A stretch of DNA of 46,260 nucleotides from Candidatus Eiseniibacteriota bacterium (lineage in GTDB: Bacteria > ARS69). How positions within the stretch are numbered: the stretch's first letter is position 1; each line of letters begins with the position of its first letter. This document shows, piece after piece, positions 45,777 through 46,260 of the stretch. The translations under genes were made by a program, and so were the position numbers. The DNA lies in contig JBQTGV010000093.1 of assembly GCA_052390515.1 (NCBI GenBank), positions 1-46,260 of the forward strand, read 5' to 3'. The notes under the pieces are model-generated. The model had not been told where the DNA came from, searched no databases, and saw only the letters and a program-made list of their open reading frames with translations.

Positions 45777-46259
45777 TCAACGCCTCACGAGAGTGACCGT
45801 CCGCGCCTGCGTCTCGCCGCCTGCCTCGAGGCGGACGAAGTACGTCCCCGCGACCACGTTTCTTCCCGAGCCGTCGCGGCCGTCCCAGCGGAACCGGTGA
45901 TCTCCGGCGCCGAAGTCCGCGCGCGGACGGGCCAGCACCCGGCGCCCGGCGACGTCGAACACCGTCACCGCCACCGCGGCCGGAGCGCTCAGCGCGAACG
46001 GAACCTCCGTCCAGGCTCCGAACGGATTCGGCAGAGCCGCATCGAGGCGCAGGCGCGCCGGGCCATCGGCCACGTCAGGCGCCCCGGTCGGTCCGAAGCC
46101 GCGGATCACGAGCACGTCGCGGGGCGGAAGGCCGGTGAGGATTGACACCGACGTCAGCACCGAATCCGTGGCGACGTCCACGACGCGAATGCCCGGATCC
46201 TCCACGTTGAGGACGCCCGAGCTCGCGTTCGCCGGGAAATAGAGCAGTCCGGTGGTCGC
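45777..46259 (-). CDS. C-terminal part of a protein with FlgD-Ig/CTD domain (5' end outside window)
   Basis: Frame open to the window edge; 'PNPFG...VFDVAGRRV...WDGRDGSG..V.AGTYFVRL......RTVTLVR'; preceding 'IRVVDVATDSVL' is beta-propeller-like. Confidence 0.8.
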   Translation of the reverse strand, partial: ATTGLLYFPANASSGVLNVEDPGIRVVDVATDSVLTSVSILTGLPPRDVLVIRGFGPTGAPDVADGPARLRLDAALPNPFGAWTEVPFALSAPAAVAVTVFDVAGRRVLARPRADFGAGDHRFRWDGRDGSGRNVVAGTYFVRLEAGGETQARTVTLVRR

Positions 46260-46260
46260 G

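Noticed and set aside
1-46260. CRISPR arrays, tRNA/rRNA (including tRNA-Sec), IS elements, integrases, defence systems
   Set aside because: None recognised; intergenic spaces are short and no spaced repeats or transposase motifs were seen by eye.

Overview
GC-rich, densely coding bacterial DNA with about 34 genes and no rRNA, tRNA, CRISPR array or mobile element that I can see. FlgD/T9SS-like C-terminal domains, a PorV-family barrel and 'SWGxxKxxY' tails suggest an FCB-related candidate lineage such as Eisenbacteria, Krumholzibacteriota or Latescibacterota (inference). Four blocks. (1) 1.4-7.0 kb: an unexplained module of an Omp85-type barrel, a lipoprotein with a complete atypical-kinase motif set, an Npt/TLC-family nucleotide transporter and a secreted metallophosphoesterase. 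(2) 8.0-32.5 kb: a LacI-associated, SusD-less glucan utilisation locus, probably for beta-1,2-glucan, with two GH144-like enzymes, a TBDR, a 1099-aa CTD protein, PorV, a CBM9-like protein, GH94, GH1, a discoidin-domain glycosidase and an ABC importer lacking its ATPase. (3) 32.6-37.7 kb: PBP-TPR-ExbB-ExbD-ExbD-TonB. (4) 37.8-46.3 kb: mixed genes. The strongest hidden signal is at 45082-45759: two ORFs that are one MerB-like gene with an in-frame TGA at the second catalytic Cys position and a SECIS-like hairpin right behind it, i.e. a probable selenoprotein. All family calls come from motif recognition by eye; no searches were run.
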